Source of the DNA: Octopus bimaculoides
Lineage: Eukaryota
NCBI RefSeq assembly: GCF_001194135.2
Contig: NC_068984.1
Location: forward strand, 60,651,283-60,715,282
Direction: 5' to 3'
DNA length: 64,000 bases
How positions within the stretch are numbered: the first letter of the stretch is position 1; each line of letters starts with the position of its first letter. The notes under the pieces were generated by a model. That model was not told the origin of the DNA. It ran no database searches and saw only the letters and a list, made by a program, of their open reading frames with translations. The position numbers were made by a program, and so were the translations under genes. Of the stretch, positions 23,190-36,932 are shown in pieces.

Positions 23190-24655
23190 TTCGTCATCAT
23201 CATCCGTTAATGTTCATTTTCCATGCTGGCATGGGTTGAATGGTTTGACCAGGGCTGGTAAGCTGGAAGGCTGCTCCAGCCTCCAGTCTGATTTGGCATG
23301 GTTTTCTATGGCTGGATGCTCTTCCTAATGGCAGCCACTCTGAGAGTGTAATAGATGTTTTTATATGTCAATGGCATGGGTGCCATCTGCATGACACCAG
23401 TATGTGCCATGACTGATTTTGCTTGGCTTGATGGGTATTCTTCTCAAGCATGACAAAGGTCTCTGTTGTTGCTTCTGTGGGGCCCAACACCGAAGAAGAA
23501 CTCAGCCCCTTTGCCTCCATGAAGCCCAATGTTTGAAAGGAACTCAGCCATTTCACCTCTGTGAAGCACAATGCTCGAAAAGTGCTCTTTACATGCCACT
23601 GGCATCAGTTACATGACCCCAGCATCAGCCATGACTTCGATTTCACTTGGCTTGATGGGTCTTCTCAAGCACAGCATATCTCGAAAGGTCTCAGTCACTT
23701 GTCATTGCCTCTGTAAGGTTTAAAGTTCAAAGATCATGCTTCACCACTTCATCCCATGTATTCCTGGGTCTACCTCTACCACAGGTTCCCTCCATAGTTA
23801 GAGATTGGCACTTCTTTATACAACTGTCTTTGTCCATATACATCACATGACCATACCAGCACAGTCGTCTCTCTTGCACACCACATCTGATGCCTCTCAT
23901 GCCTAACTTTTCTCTCAAGATGCTTACTCAATGACATTGCACATCCAGTGAAGCATACTGACTTTATTTCTTTCAAGCCTATGCATATACTTGGCTATCA
24001 CAGCCCATGTTTCACTGCCATGTAGCATAGCTTTTTGCACACAGGCATCATACAATCTGCCTTTCACTGTGCGAAGGAGGCCCTTTGTTGCCAGTAGAGG
24101 TAGGAACTCTCTGAATTTTGTCCAGCCTAATCTTCTCACAGCCATGCTAATTTGGTCATCTAGATAACAGAAGCTATCTACTACCTCTAGCTTGCCCTGC
24201 TGACAGTTGATGGAATCTGTTTTCTGTGCATTTTCAATGTTTATTGTACCTGTGCTTCTTCCACATAGAAAATCTAGTTTCCCTGTTAACCATCCTCTGA
24301 TATTCTTGCACTTTTTATGTGTCCAAAGCTTACATCAGGTGCATCTTTTGGAGTTTCTACCTATGCTTTTTCTACAGATTGAACAGGGCCATCTGCCTGA
24401 AGGGATTTGTGATTTGTCTGCTTTCCTACTTACTAAGACTGGTTTTTGCTAGATTAATTCTAAGACCCTTTGATTCTAGACCTTGCTTCCATACTTGGAA
24501 TGTCTTCTCTAGCTCTGACAGTGATTCAGTAATAAGAGCAAGGTCATCAGCATAGAGGAGCTCTCAGGGGCAGCCTGTCTTAAATTCCTCTGTTATTGCC
24601 TGGAGGACTACAATGAACAAGATGGGGCTGAGCACCAATCCTTGGTGAACCCCTA
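23190..24655 (-). mobile_element. 5'-truncated RTE-clade LINE (RT remnant, 3' UTR, (GAT)n tail)
   Basis: GVHQGLVLSPILFIVVLQAITEEFKTGCP*ELLYADDL, KGRLYDACVQKAMLHGSETW, RRLCWYGHV...GRGRPRNTWDEVV. Both ends abut (TA)n. Confidence 0.93.
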
Positions 24656-24674
24656 TATATATACAGTGTATATA

Positions 24675-25089
24675 TATATATATATACAGATATGTATGTA
24701 TGTTTGTGTATATGTATGTATATACTAACAATGAAAATATATACTTTGTAAGTATATTGAAGATATTTTTGTGTGTAAATATTTTTAGTAGTGTACTCAA
24801 TAAATACGAAAATGAATTCATGTTTGTAGCAATAATATAATAGATTTGAATATAAATATGGCTAAGATATATAGACACTTGGAAACAAGTACAGCACTGA
24901 GTAGACATAAAAATAATGCATACATTTATGCATACATTTTCCTCCAGTCACAAATTAATGTGTCTTACAGTCTCACATTTAAAANNNNNNNNNNNNNNNN
25001 NNNNNNNNNNNNNNNNNNNNNNNNNNNNNNNNNNNNNNNNNNNNNNNNNNNNNNNNNNNNNNNNNNNNNNTATATATATATATATATAG

Positions 25090-25126
<37 letters not shown>

Positions 25127-25422
25127 GATATGTATGTATGTTTGTGTATATGTATGTATATACTAACAATGAAAATATATACTTTGTAAGTATATTGAAG
25201 ATATTTTTGTGTGTAAATATTTTTAGTAGTGTACTCAATAAATACGAAAATGAATTCATGTTTGTAGCAATAATATAATAGATTTGAATATAAATATGGC
25301 TAAGATATATAGACACTTGGAAACAAGTACAGCACTGAGTAGACATAAAAATAATGCATACATTTATGCATACATTTTCCTCCAGTCACAAATTAATGTG
25401 TCTTACAGTCTCACATTTAAAA
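24675..25422 (+). repeat. ~310-bp apparently identical direct duplication on either side of an N gap
   Basis: 24675-24984 repeats at 25113-25422. The gap is 24985-25070. Confidence 0.9.
24985..25070. other. Assembly gap (N)
   Basis: N run. Confidence 1.
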
Positions 25423-26240
25423 TAAAAGTTCTATTGTCATTAGAAGAAGAGAGAAAGAAAGAAATATAACTGATGTATTCTGATTATATACAGATCAGCA
25501 AATCCAAAATGAAATATCAGAAAGACACGAATGTAGCCAAAATGTCAATAAATCCTTTATGACTTTTGTATCTAAAATACTATATAAACACATATATATA
25601 TTTATATTTATGTATGTACGTATTCATCTGTATATGTTAATGCACTGGACTCTTTCAGTCCAAGACTGCCATAAAATATATAAATGCATATCCAATATTG
25701 CATTGTGTTGACCTATTATGCATATATTAGTATCTCCAGGCTTTTGTGTGCTTCAATTATTTTAACACAAAGTCTGCAAACAGAGATAAGCAGGGGGAAC
25801 ACAATGGCACATAAGATGTACACATGAGTTTTTAACTTCCACATTCTCTCCACAAGGTAAATTATTCACATCTCAGATACTTGTAAATGTATATATACAC
25901 ACATGTAAATGTATATATACGCACATGAGTATACATATATTTGCATACATATGTGCCCATATGTATGTATACACATACATGCAGAAATAAAGATATTATT
26001 TTTGTAAGAAATATATCTATACATAAAGACATACACACATATTGATATGAATTATCATCATCATCATCATCATCATCGTCATCACTGTCATCATCTTCAT
26101 CACTGTCATCATCTTCATCATCATTATTGTTATCCTCCTCTTCTTCCTCCTCATCATCACCATCTTCCATGCTGGTATGGGTTGCATTGTTATTTCACAT
26201 TACTCCAGAAAGAGGATAGAGTTTGTTTCCCAGTTCTTCT

Positions 26241-26288
<48 letters not shown>

Positions 26289-26589
26289 TCTCCCTAGATG
26301 GGATGCTAATCTGTCATAGGATTACTAATTGTTATCATCTGTGTGGACTGGGGCAACATGAAATTAAGTGTATTGCTCAGGAACACAAATCACTGCCCAA
26401 TCCAGGAATTGAAATCGCAATCTTACAACCATGAATCCAATACCCTAACTCTTACACCATGCATCTGCACTGTGAGTTGCATAGTTTGAAAGAATATGGT
26501 GAATTGAAAGACTGTGTGATGCCTCAATGCTAGTCAATTCACATGGTGCACTGGGTGCGTTTTTGCAGCTCTGGCACTAATGTGCTCAC

Positions 26590-26621
26590 CATCTAACTCA
26601 AAGGATGCGACTGATTTCTTC
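26590..26621 (-). CDS. Candidate 32-nt exon (phase 2-1)
   Basis: Strong acceptor CATTTATTTTCCCCACAG, donor ATG|GTGAGC, single open frame KKSVASFELD. Confidence 0.4.
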
Positions 26622-26689
26622 CTGTGGGGAAAATAAATGGTTACCTCACATTATATAAGAGCGGATGGGAGTGACTGAGAGATCCTAAA

Positions 26690-26940
26690 CTTGCAGACTC
26701 ATGGGTGCTGGTGCCACATAAAATCACCTGTGCCAGTACTGTAAAAACACCTGTGCTGTTGTCATGTAAAAGTGTTCATGCTGGTGCCACGTAAATGCTC
26801 CTGTACTGGTGCTATGTTAAAAGCACCCAGTACATTCTGTAAAGTGGTTGGCATTAAGAAGTACATCCAGCTGTAGAAACCATGCCACAACAGACAAATA
26901 GAGCCTGGGCCACTCTTCTGCTGGCCAGCTCTAGTGTCTC
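26690..26940 (+). mobile_element. RTE 3' UTR-derived fragment
   Basis: Repeated GCTGGTGCCAC.TAAA motifs and AAGCACCCAGTACA...GTGGTTGGCATTAAGAAG...CATCCAGCTGTAGAAAC. Confidence 0.7.
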
Positions 26941-27142
26941 GTCTTGTTAGACCTTCATCAGAGAAAGAATTTCCATTTTCTGTTATTGAGAGATTAATAG
27001 CTCATAGTTATTTAGAGTGTATACAAACAATAATTGAAGTAAACTACTTTGCTTAATCTGCTTTTAGGGAGATAGAAACCTTTGCTATAAAATCTTTGTT
27101 TTCGTTTTCCACCAAGATTAACATTGATGGTTTGTTGAAAAG

Positions 27143-27430
27143 GTTTACTGTTCAGTGCATTTCAACCGACCCAAACATGCTGTATAATGTTTTTTACATT
27201 CTTGTTAGTCCATATACAGTTATGTAAATTAGACTGACTGGTGTCCAAGATTGTATACATGATAAATAACTTTGGTTTACTGTACAGGTTTACTATACAG
27301 TGCATTTCAACCGACCCAAACATGCTGTATAGTGTGTTTTACATTCTTGTTAGTGCATATACAGTTATGTAAATTAGACTGACTGGTTTATCTGTGTCCA
27401 AGATTGTATACACAATAAATAACTTTGGCT
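27143..27430 (+). repeat. Local tandem duplication, ~145-bp unit x2
   Basis: CAGTGCATTTCAACCGACCCAAACATGCTGTATA...GTTATGTAAATTAGACTGACTGG...AAATAACTTTGG is present twice. Confidence 0.92.
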
Positions 27431-28202
27431 ACTAATCTCTCTGTGGACAGAAGATGGTTATTCATTTTTTGATGAAGGTTGAAGAAGACAAGAAACTAGT
27501 ATGACCAATTGCTTTCTCATTTTTGTCCTAGGAAAGGTAAAAACAATTCTCTAGCATAACAAATATGTCTCCTTTGCACAAGGCCATGATTTTATGCTCA
27601 TTAAAGCACTATATTTTACATTACAATTTCTCACTTTCACATCCACGTGTATACACACCTGCACACATATACACACACTTTTCTATGTGGATGTACATGT
27701 ATGTATACATATATGATTTGCAAGGGTCATAGTATCATGAAGGTGCACATCCCATTGAATCTTGAATTCTTTTGAATGTTGTGGTTCATGTATTCACCTG
27801 ATGTAAACGATTTTCTAATGATGTAATGTTTCCATTAATCAATTAAAAATTCATTGGAAACTGCTGTAGTGAATTTCCACATTATCCATCTGTTGTTATT
27901 TACTTGTGTGTGTGTGCACACGCATGTGTGTGTGAGTGTGTGTGTGTGTGTGTGTGCATATGCATGCATGTGTGTGAGTGTGTGTGTGTGTGTTTTAATG
28001 GTGGCAGCTGATGAAGGATATGTTCTCTATGTGGCCTGCTTGTTTATTGTACCTTGTTTATCATTTTGTCCATGTTCTTTTGCAACGTCATGTACCCAGA
28101 TATGTATCTATATGTACATGTAGATGAAGGTATGTACATACATGTACATATATATGCATATACTCATATATTGTTTATATATATATATATATATATAGAT
28201 AT

Positions 28203-28272
<70 letters not shown>

Positions 28273-28473
28273 TTTACTGTTCCGTTATACGTAGCATCTT
28301 GGTTTTGAAAAAAGACTAACCATGTACACCAAGCTTGAAATATTGCTTGGAGCCACAAGGCATTTTATATATAAATCTGTTGAATTATCATGTCTCCATA
28401 GTAGGTCTTATTTAAATACTGTGTACATTAAATGGTATCTCTCTCTCTCTCTCTCTTTGTATATATATGTGTG

Positions 28474-28522
<49 letters not shown>

Positions 28523-28959
28523 AGTGATATATCAGTTTAACCAGTCTATATAAATATAACCTCTATAATTTGAAACCAGTTTCATAAATGCCAATGCATG
28601 AAACTCTCAACTGTTGAGTCACTCTGTAACTTCTGCCATTTAAACATAATATGAGTATGTGTGTGTGTGTACTGATACAGAATTTTTATTTTGCTACTTG
28701 AATTTCATGCTCCTGTGATCTCTGAGGATCCCAGTGGTGTGAAACAAGTTGTGTGATAAAACCTCAGTTCCAGTAACAATATTACTCTACAGCATGTAAT
28801 ATGTTGTGTGCAATTCTATCTCATTCATCTGACACAAACCAACATTACTGTATAGATACACACACACACATACACACGCACACATTGTTTTAATGCCATA
28901 TACATTTATACATGTACTTCATAGATGCATATAAATACAAATATACACATATATAAATC

Positions 28960-28990
<31 letters not shown>

Positions 28991-29102
28991 CTATCTATCT
29001 GTCAGTCTGTCCATTGGTCTGTCTACTTGTCTGATTGTCTGCCTGACTGCTTACCTACCTACCTACCTTAGCAATTTATCTATCTGTTGATCTATCTACC
29101 TG

Positions 29103-29128
<26 letters not shown>

Positions 29129-29134
<6 letters not shown>

Positions 29135-29294
29135 GTTATAATTTAGAACAAAACAGTAAAAGGTTGTCATTATAGTACTTGGAGTTTCGATTGTCAGAGC
29201 GAAGAGCTATGATACATTCTTGCTGGCTATTAATGGCAACTCCAAGTATTGTAATGACAACCTTTTACTGTTTGTTCTAAATTATAACATATAT
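29129..29294. repeat. Fold-back element, ~57-bp arms and ~51-nt loop, in (TA)n
   Basis: 29129-29186 versus 29238-29294 differ by 1 indel and 2 substitutions. Confidence 0.92.
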
Positions 29295-29447
29295 AAATAA
29301 TCCCCTGTTTCTCTAATATTGAGGTCTCATTCTTTTGTTGTCACTTTTTATTATTATTATTATTATTGTTCTTCTTCTTATTATAATATATATATGAAAG
29401 TGCATATATATGGTTGTTTATCGACAGACACACAGTACATGAATATA

Positions 29448-29868
29448 NNNNNNNNNNNNNNNNNNNNNNNNNNNNNNNNNNNNNNNNNNNNNNNNNNNNN
29501 NNNNNNNNNNNNNNNNNNNNNNNNNNNNNNNNNNNNNNNNNNNNNNNNNNNNNNNNNNNNNNNNNNNNNNNNNNNNNNNNNNNNNNNNNNNNNNNNNNNN
29601 NNNNNNNNNNNNNNNNNNNNNNNNNNNNNNNNNNNNNNNNNNNNNNNNNNNNNNNNNNNNNNNNNNNNNNNNNNNNNNNNNNNNNNNNNNNNNNNNNNNN
29701 NNNNNNNNNNNNNNNNNNNNNNNNNNNNNNNNNNNNNNNNNNNNNNNNNNNNNNNNNNNNNNNNNNNNNNNNNNNNNNNNNNNNNNNNNNNNNNNNNNNN
29801 NNNNNNNNNNNNNNNNNNNNNNNNNNNNNNNNNNNNNNNNNNNNNNNNNNNNNNNNNNNNNNNNNNNN
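29448..29868. other. Assembly gap (N)
   Basis: N run. Confidence 1.
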
Positions 29869-30652
29869 TATATATATAGGAACATACATAACTAGCTGTA
29901 TAATTATAGATATACATATATGTGCATAAATGCATGTGAGTGAATGTGTGTCTGCTTACATATTTACATCTCTGTGTATGTACACTAAAAAATACGTTAC
30001 AAACTTCTTGGTGAGTTGTACAATGTCCAAACATGTTTATTTTGTATCTCTTTTTGCTTTTTTGTTATTGTTGTAGTGGTAATGATGCTGATGATGATCG
30101 TAGTAGTGGTATTGTGTGTGCATGCGTCTGTGTATGTGTATGCATACATGTGTGTGTTTAAATGCGTTTTGTATGTATCAAATAAGATTGGAATACTGCC
30201 TTTGGTTTCTGCCCAGCATCCATGTACATTTCTTGTCTCTCTGTCCATATATTTCTTTCTTTCTTTCGTTCTTTTTTCCTTTCTTTCTTTCTTTCTTTCT
30301 TTCTTTTAGGTTTTCATTTTCTTTTGGCTGAGCATTTCTATGTTTGCGTATGCATGTGCATGTAATTAATGGTGTGAGAGCCAACTTCAAATATTATATT
30401 AAAAACAGGTTTTTATCATTCAATAACTAACAGCATTTACCAGTCTCTCTAGCAATCTTTCTCTTTCCCCTGCTCTCCCTTGCTATATGTGCTTGTGCAC
30501 ACACATGCACACACACGCACACATACATAATGATTCACAAAAAAGCTAAAAAGTAAAAGAAATCATTTATACACATGAATATGCACCTACACGTGTATAT
30601 GTATCTGTATATATTATCATCATATATAGACATTCATACATACATACATACA

Positions 30653-30684
<32 letters not shown>

Positions 30685-30705
30685 CTTTTGTTATTGTTTT
30701 ATATA

Positions 30706-30738
<33 letters not shown>

Positions 30739-30938
30739 NNNNNNNNNNNNNNNNNNNNNNNNNNNNNNNNNNNNNNNNNNNNNNNNNNNNNNNNNNNNNN
30801 NNNNNNNNNNNNNNNNNNNNNNNNNNNNNNNNNNNNNNNNNNNNNNNNNNNNNNNNNNNNNNNNNNNNNNNNNNNNNNNNNNNNNNNNNNNNNNNNNNNN
30901 NNNNNNNNNNNNNNNNNNNNNNNNNNNNNNNNNNNNNN
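30739..30938. other. Assembly gap (N)
   Basis: N run within (TA)n. Confidence 1.
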
Positions 30939-30993
<55 letters not shown>

Positions 30994-31952
30994 ATATATA
31001 TATGCACACAAATATAGTATCAAATCAGAATACATAGCTTCTATAATACTATCTTTGTATTCTTGCATTCATGCATGTGCAGAAACCCTTAGAAAAATAT
31101 AAGCATGTGAATACATGAGTACTTTAGGTGATATTGAAAACCTGACAATATTTCTGCTTATCAAAAATAAAGTTTTGTATTCTCCAAGTTCCTGAAGCTA
31201 TTCTTGAATGGAATGGCTACAATGCTTAAAAGTTCACACACATATAAAAAGCATCACATGCATGTGCATACAAGCAGTCATAGAGAAATACTTGTGCACA
31301 CAAACGCATTTACACATATATCTGCTTAGTTTGCACTTGACTCAGTGAAAATGCTAAATGTATTTTTCTCCTGGGCAATACCTACATGCATCTCACAGTT
31401 TGTCATGTCATTTTACCCTCTGGATCAACTACCCACCATTTACTCCAGGAGAAACTGCTAGTTTTTCTGTGTATATCCTGCCTACATAGCTGGAATTAAT
31501 CATCACCATTTTTTTCCTTTGGTAACATTGCTTCATCCAAATATCTTGAAACTGATAAATGCTCTCCTGTGCAGTTTACGATCCTTCTCTGCATGCATAC
31601 ACATACATGCACATGCATGCTTACGTGCACATGTGCATGCACGTATTCACACATACACATACCCATGGTCTCTTATACATCTTGTTTACTGATACTACTC
31701 TCCATTAGTCTCTACTACTGCTGTGAAATTCTAGCTGATTGTTCAGCCTGTTAGTCAATACCCCTTCCAAAAACAATCTCTTTAAAAATAAGGATACATG
31801 GCTTAATATTGTCATAGATTAAAGAATATGCCTACTTAAAAAGAATGTTTAATTCCTTGGTTTTGATACCTGCAAGAGAATGAATGGGCCGATATTTACA
31901 TGCTAGTGTGTGTATGTGTGTATTTGTATACATGTATCACTTAGCAGCTCAC

Positions 31953-31988
31953 CGCACTTCTTGTTGCACAACACTGACTTTGCAGTTG
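31953..31988 (-). CDS. Candidate 36-nt symmetric exon
   Basis: CTAATTATACAG acceptor, GCG|GTGAGC donor. All three frames open; the phase-2 frame reads NCKVSVVQQEVR. Confidence 0.25.
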
Positions 31989-32380
31989 CTGTATAATTAG
32001 CAAGGGCATAAGGCAAACCTATAGAGGCTAAAATATTCTAAAATTATATCTTCAAAACAATAAAACTTGCCCATAAATTCGTAATTTATTACCTTACAAG
32101 TGAAATAATTAAATCACACGTATCTAATTTTCTATTTTGTATCATGTAGCTCTCGTGACACGATGACTAAATCTAGTTAGAAACTTCTTTAGTAGCAAAT
32201 TAGTTAAAAAATTCATCCAGCTGCGTATACAACCTTCTGTACCCCACCTCCATTCTGAATCTTACATATGCATGCAGTAATGCATACACTCAAGTAAACG
32301 AGCAAATAAACATAAACACTCTTGAATATGCATTTGGAAGCTAATTCTTATTGCTTTCTGTTTCTCTTTCTTTAGAATAA

Positions 32381-32454
<74 letters not shown>

Positions 32455-32570
32455 TATATATATATATTGTTATATTTTGGGATGGTCATTAAAATTGTTT
32501 TTTCTTATATATGTATGTGTATATATTATAAGTGCGTGTTTGTTTGTGTGTATATATATATATACAATCC

Positions 32571-32608
<38 letters not shown>

Positions 32609-32760
32609 GCATACACATACACACATGCATGTACATATATATGCATACACATGTCTGTGTGTCCATATGTGTAAGCACATATGCCCATATATTGTATGTG
32701 TGTGTGTATTTATATGTGTAAGTATTTATACATATGTATACATACATACATACATATATA

Positions 32761-32864
32761 NNNNNNNNNNNNNNNNNNNNNNNNNNNNNNNNNNNNNNNN
32801 NNNNNNNNNNNNNNNNNNNNNNNNNNNNNNNNNNNNNNNNNNNNNNNNNNNNNNNNNNNNNNNN
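32761..32864. other. Assembly gap (N)
   Basis: N run. Confidence 1.
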
Positions 32865-33001
32865 TATATATATATATATATATTTTTTTTTTTTTCAAGG
32901 TGGATATGGTACTTAAGTTTATAAATGAAGTTGCATGAAATGATTGTACTGCATTAAAAAAAAATAACTGTATTAACTTTGGATATCCTTGTTGCTTATT
33001 T

Positions 33002-33033
<32 letters not shown>

Positions 33034-33513
33034 TAGATAAATGGATAGGTATATAGATATAAGCACATATATTAGGAGCTTTTTTCAGTTGACATCTTCC
33101 AATTCCACTCACAAAGGCTTCGGTCAGCCCAGGGCTCTAGTAAAAAGAAAAACACTAGTCCAATTGATATAAAACCTGGATGACATAGACAAAACATTAT
33201 TTCATACTCATATGACCATGCAATTTATATCATCCTCATTGTTGTTGTTCCCTTTGCTTTCTCCTTCTTATTATCTATGTTGTAGCATCCATTTTACAAA
33301 TGCTAACAATTGGCATAACACATTAACATTTCATGGTTTCAGTTTGTTGTTCTGAGATCTTATCTGGCTTCTTTCTTGTTTTTACTTTACAAAGGACATA
33401 TTCTATTACCGGTATATAGTACCTTTTCATCCACTGTTCATTGTTTATTTCCTTTGCATGTTCATGTTAACTCAGTAATTTCTACTTTAAATGTCAGCTG
33501 ATAATTTTCATAC

Positions 33514-33567
33514 CTGTCCTCTCTATTGTCTCTTTTGTCCACCGTTTTTTCATGCAGTATTTCACAT
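33514..33567 (-). CDS. Candidate 54-nt symmetric exon
   Basis: ATATGTCAG acceptor, CAG|GTATGA donor. The phase-2 frame reads CEILHEKTVDKRDNRED. Confidence 0.25.
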
Positions 33568-34830
33568 CTGACATATACATGAATTATTTCTCTACAGGAA
33601 CTCTGAATTTTTTTCACATGTCTCACTATCCTGCCACATTACACTTTTCTCAATACTTTGTACTTTTTGCCCTTTGCATGGTGCAATAGTCCCTTTCTAA
33701 CTTACAAATGTAACATCTCTTTAAATTCCTTCAACTTTTTTCTTAGACTAAAATATTAATCCATTTCCAGTACTAACTGATGTTGTTGTTGTTGTTTAGG
33801 CTGAGGTTAGTCCTAATGGAATATATCAATGATTGAAAGTCAATCTAGTTTATAAACATTGCATCTTCTTTTCATGCAGAGTGTAACTTCAACTACATTA
33901 TTTAATGTGACCTTTTTAAAGTGACAAGATATGATTTGCAAGAGATTTTGTTGCTATGTTTAGGAAGTTAAGTGGCCACGTAGAATCTTACTGAGTGACT
34001 TGTTCACTACTAAAAATATTTATTATCATTAATGTGTTGTTACCCACAGTTCCAGAAATCTTAACATCTTACACAAAGCCAAATGATACATTCCAATTGT
34101 ACATCAGTCATCAAATCTTACAAAAACTACTAAAGAGCTATAAAATATTAACAATTACAGACAACTGACATATCTTGAAAGATTTCACAAAGGTGAAATT
34201 CACATCAGAAGAAGAAATAATACTGGTTACAAAATGTGAAAACTTCTGTGGGATATGTCATTTGATTGTACAGGAAAAAAATCAGAAACTTGAAGGGTGG
34301 GAAAGAATTTAAGGTTAATGCAAATATTACTTGCAAAATGAAAAGATCAGGATCCATAAACAACAAATCAAGGACCCACCTGTTAGGAACGCTCCATATT
34401 GTGAACATCTAGACATTTCTGTCAATGAGTTATTCAAATTTTTTTTTTTCAAAATAAAAAAAATGAACAAAGACAAAATGCAAAAGAAGAACAGTTTATA
34501 AAGATTTTCAGTTTGAAATTAAGCCAGAAATAGTGACTACACTGCTGAACACAGTTACTGCTATGCAGATTAGCACATGTGTTTGAAAAGCAGACAAAAA
34601 CAAGAATGCTTTTACAAAGACTCTCTTCCATTATGCTTGTGTTAATCAGTATTTTTTAAAGCAATTTTAAATATGATTTATGATGATTTGTTCAAAAAAT
34701 TTACATACTCTAATACACATAAATACAAATATATTATATAATATACATACATGTGTGTAAACACACACATATATGTAGTACATGTATCTCTGTCTTTGCA
34801 AAATTACCCACAGTAATCAAGAGTATAAAT

Positions 34831-34916
<86 letters not shown>

Positions 34917-35230
34917 ATTAAAGAGATTGCTACAAGGAAAAATGGGGGCAACTATTTATTATCTCTGACTTAAATGCCAAATATGTGTCGTGAGGTTTAA
35001 TTAAGGATAGAAATTTTAAAACAAGGCATTAAAGTGTGTGCAGTCATATTGCTATTATTGATTTTACATCAATAGTGGCTGTTGATTCTGCCTTGAAAGT
35101 TAGAGGGATGGTTCATTAATCTTCTTCAAAGATCAAGAAATCCCATTATGCATGATGAAGATTTTGTGTAAAGGTCAAAACCTTAACATACACACAAACA
35201 TCTATATATGTGTGTATGTGTGTATATGTC

Positions 35231-35261
<31 letters not shown>

Positions 35262-35350
35262 TTATATATCTGGGTGTGTTGCATGTATACATGTCTATAC
35301 ATATGATTTATGTTTATATGTGTATGTATGAGTGTGTGTATGTATATGTA

Positions 35351-35405
<55 letters not shown>

Positions 35406-35799
35406 NNNNNNNNNNNNNNNNNNNNNNNNNNNNNNNNNNNNNNNNNNNNNNNNNNNNNNNNNNNNNNNNNNNNNNNNNNNNNNNNNNNNNNNNNNNNNNN
35501 NNNNNNNNNNNNNNNNNNNNNNNNNNNNNNNNNNNNNNNNNNNNNNNNNNNNNNNNNNNNNNNNNNNNNNNNNNNNNNNNNNNNNNNNNNNNNNNNNNNN
35601 NNNNNNNNNNNNNNNNNNNNNNNNNNNNNNNNNNNNNNNNNNNNNNNNNNNNNNNNNNNNNNNNNNNNNNNNNNNNNNNNNNNNNNNNNNNNNNNNNNNN
35701 NNNNNNNNNNNNNNNNNNNNNNNNNNNNNNNNNNNNNNNNNNNNNNNNNNNNNNNNNNNNNNNNNNNNNNNNNNNNNNNNNNNNNNNNNNNNNNNNNNN
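35406..35799. other. Assembly gap (N)
   Basis: N run between (TA)n and (GT)n. Confidence 1.
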
Positions 35800-35845
<46 letters not shown>

Positions 35846-36932
35846 AACTTCACAAATTCTTACTCAGCGTTTCATGAGACTATTTATCAGACAGTTGTGA
35901 TAAAACAGAATAATGAATTGTTATAAATTGTGAGTATATATAATCTAATATTTTTTAGACACCAACTCAATGAATAAGCATTTAAATCTGATTGAGTCAC
36001 TAATTTGAAAACCAACACTGCTTTACTGGTTGCAAGTGGGGGTAGACTCTAGTGGAGAAATGAGAAGTAAAACTATTTATTCCATATGTTTACAGCTGTT
36101 TCATAATGCGTATTCAGTTACATCATCAATGCTATAGCAGCCTAAAAACTTATTGGAATATAAGAAGATGTACACATATTATTGTAAGGTAACATCATGG
36201 GCAGGCTTGTTCTTCAGAACATTTTATGGGCATTAACTCTATTGAACAAACCTGGGTCAATTCAATTTGTACTATTGACAAACTAAGGAATTCTTCTCAT
36301 AACTGTGTACTTCTTTGGATTTCAGAAACGCCCATTGTTTGAGAACGTACTACAATGGCTTTAAAAGCAGTAATTAAATTGTCAGAATATATATATTATA
36401 AGAAGTTCATTTTTTTCTGCTTGTATTTCTGTGAGTAACAATGCAATTTTCTCCCTGAGTGAAGGGCAGATTGCGTTATGCTTGTATAAAAATGCAATGT
36501 TACATTGTTGTGAAAGATGGTCATTGAATGCATGTGATGCATGAAGTTGGAGTGAAATGAGGCAAGCATGCTCTGTTGAATGTGTAATATTGATGTGCAT
36601 AAATGACGTAGCACAAATGAGCTGAGAGAAAAGCTGTGTATAACAAGAATCAAATGTTGTATGCTTGAGTGAGGAATATGCTGCTATGATCAAATGATAT
36701 GTATTGAGTATGAATGGTGGTTAAATAACAGGACAGCAATCTGAATAGCAAGCACCAAAAGAATGTGAAGATTGCAAAGAAAGGACATGAGAAAAAATGA
36801 TGAAAACTGATTTTAGACACTTAAACTTTACAAAGGGAATAAGGAAACACTGCAAAAAAAACAAAAAAAACTGACAAGGTGCTCTACTGGAGAAGACCCA
36901 TGCAACCCATGTAAGCATGAAAAACACATATA

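Noticed and set aside
36382-36693. 103-codon minus ORF ending LREKIALLLTEIQAEKNEL
   Set aside because: No splice signals or recognisable family; length is within chance expectation.
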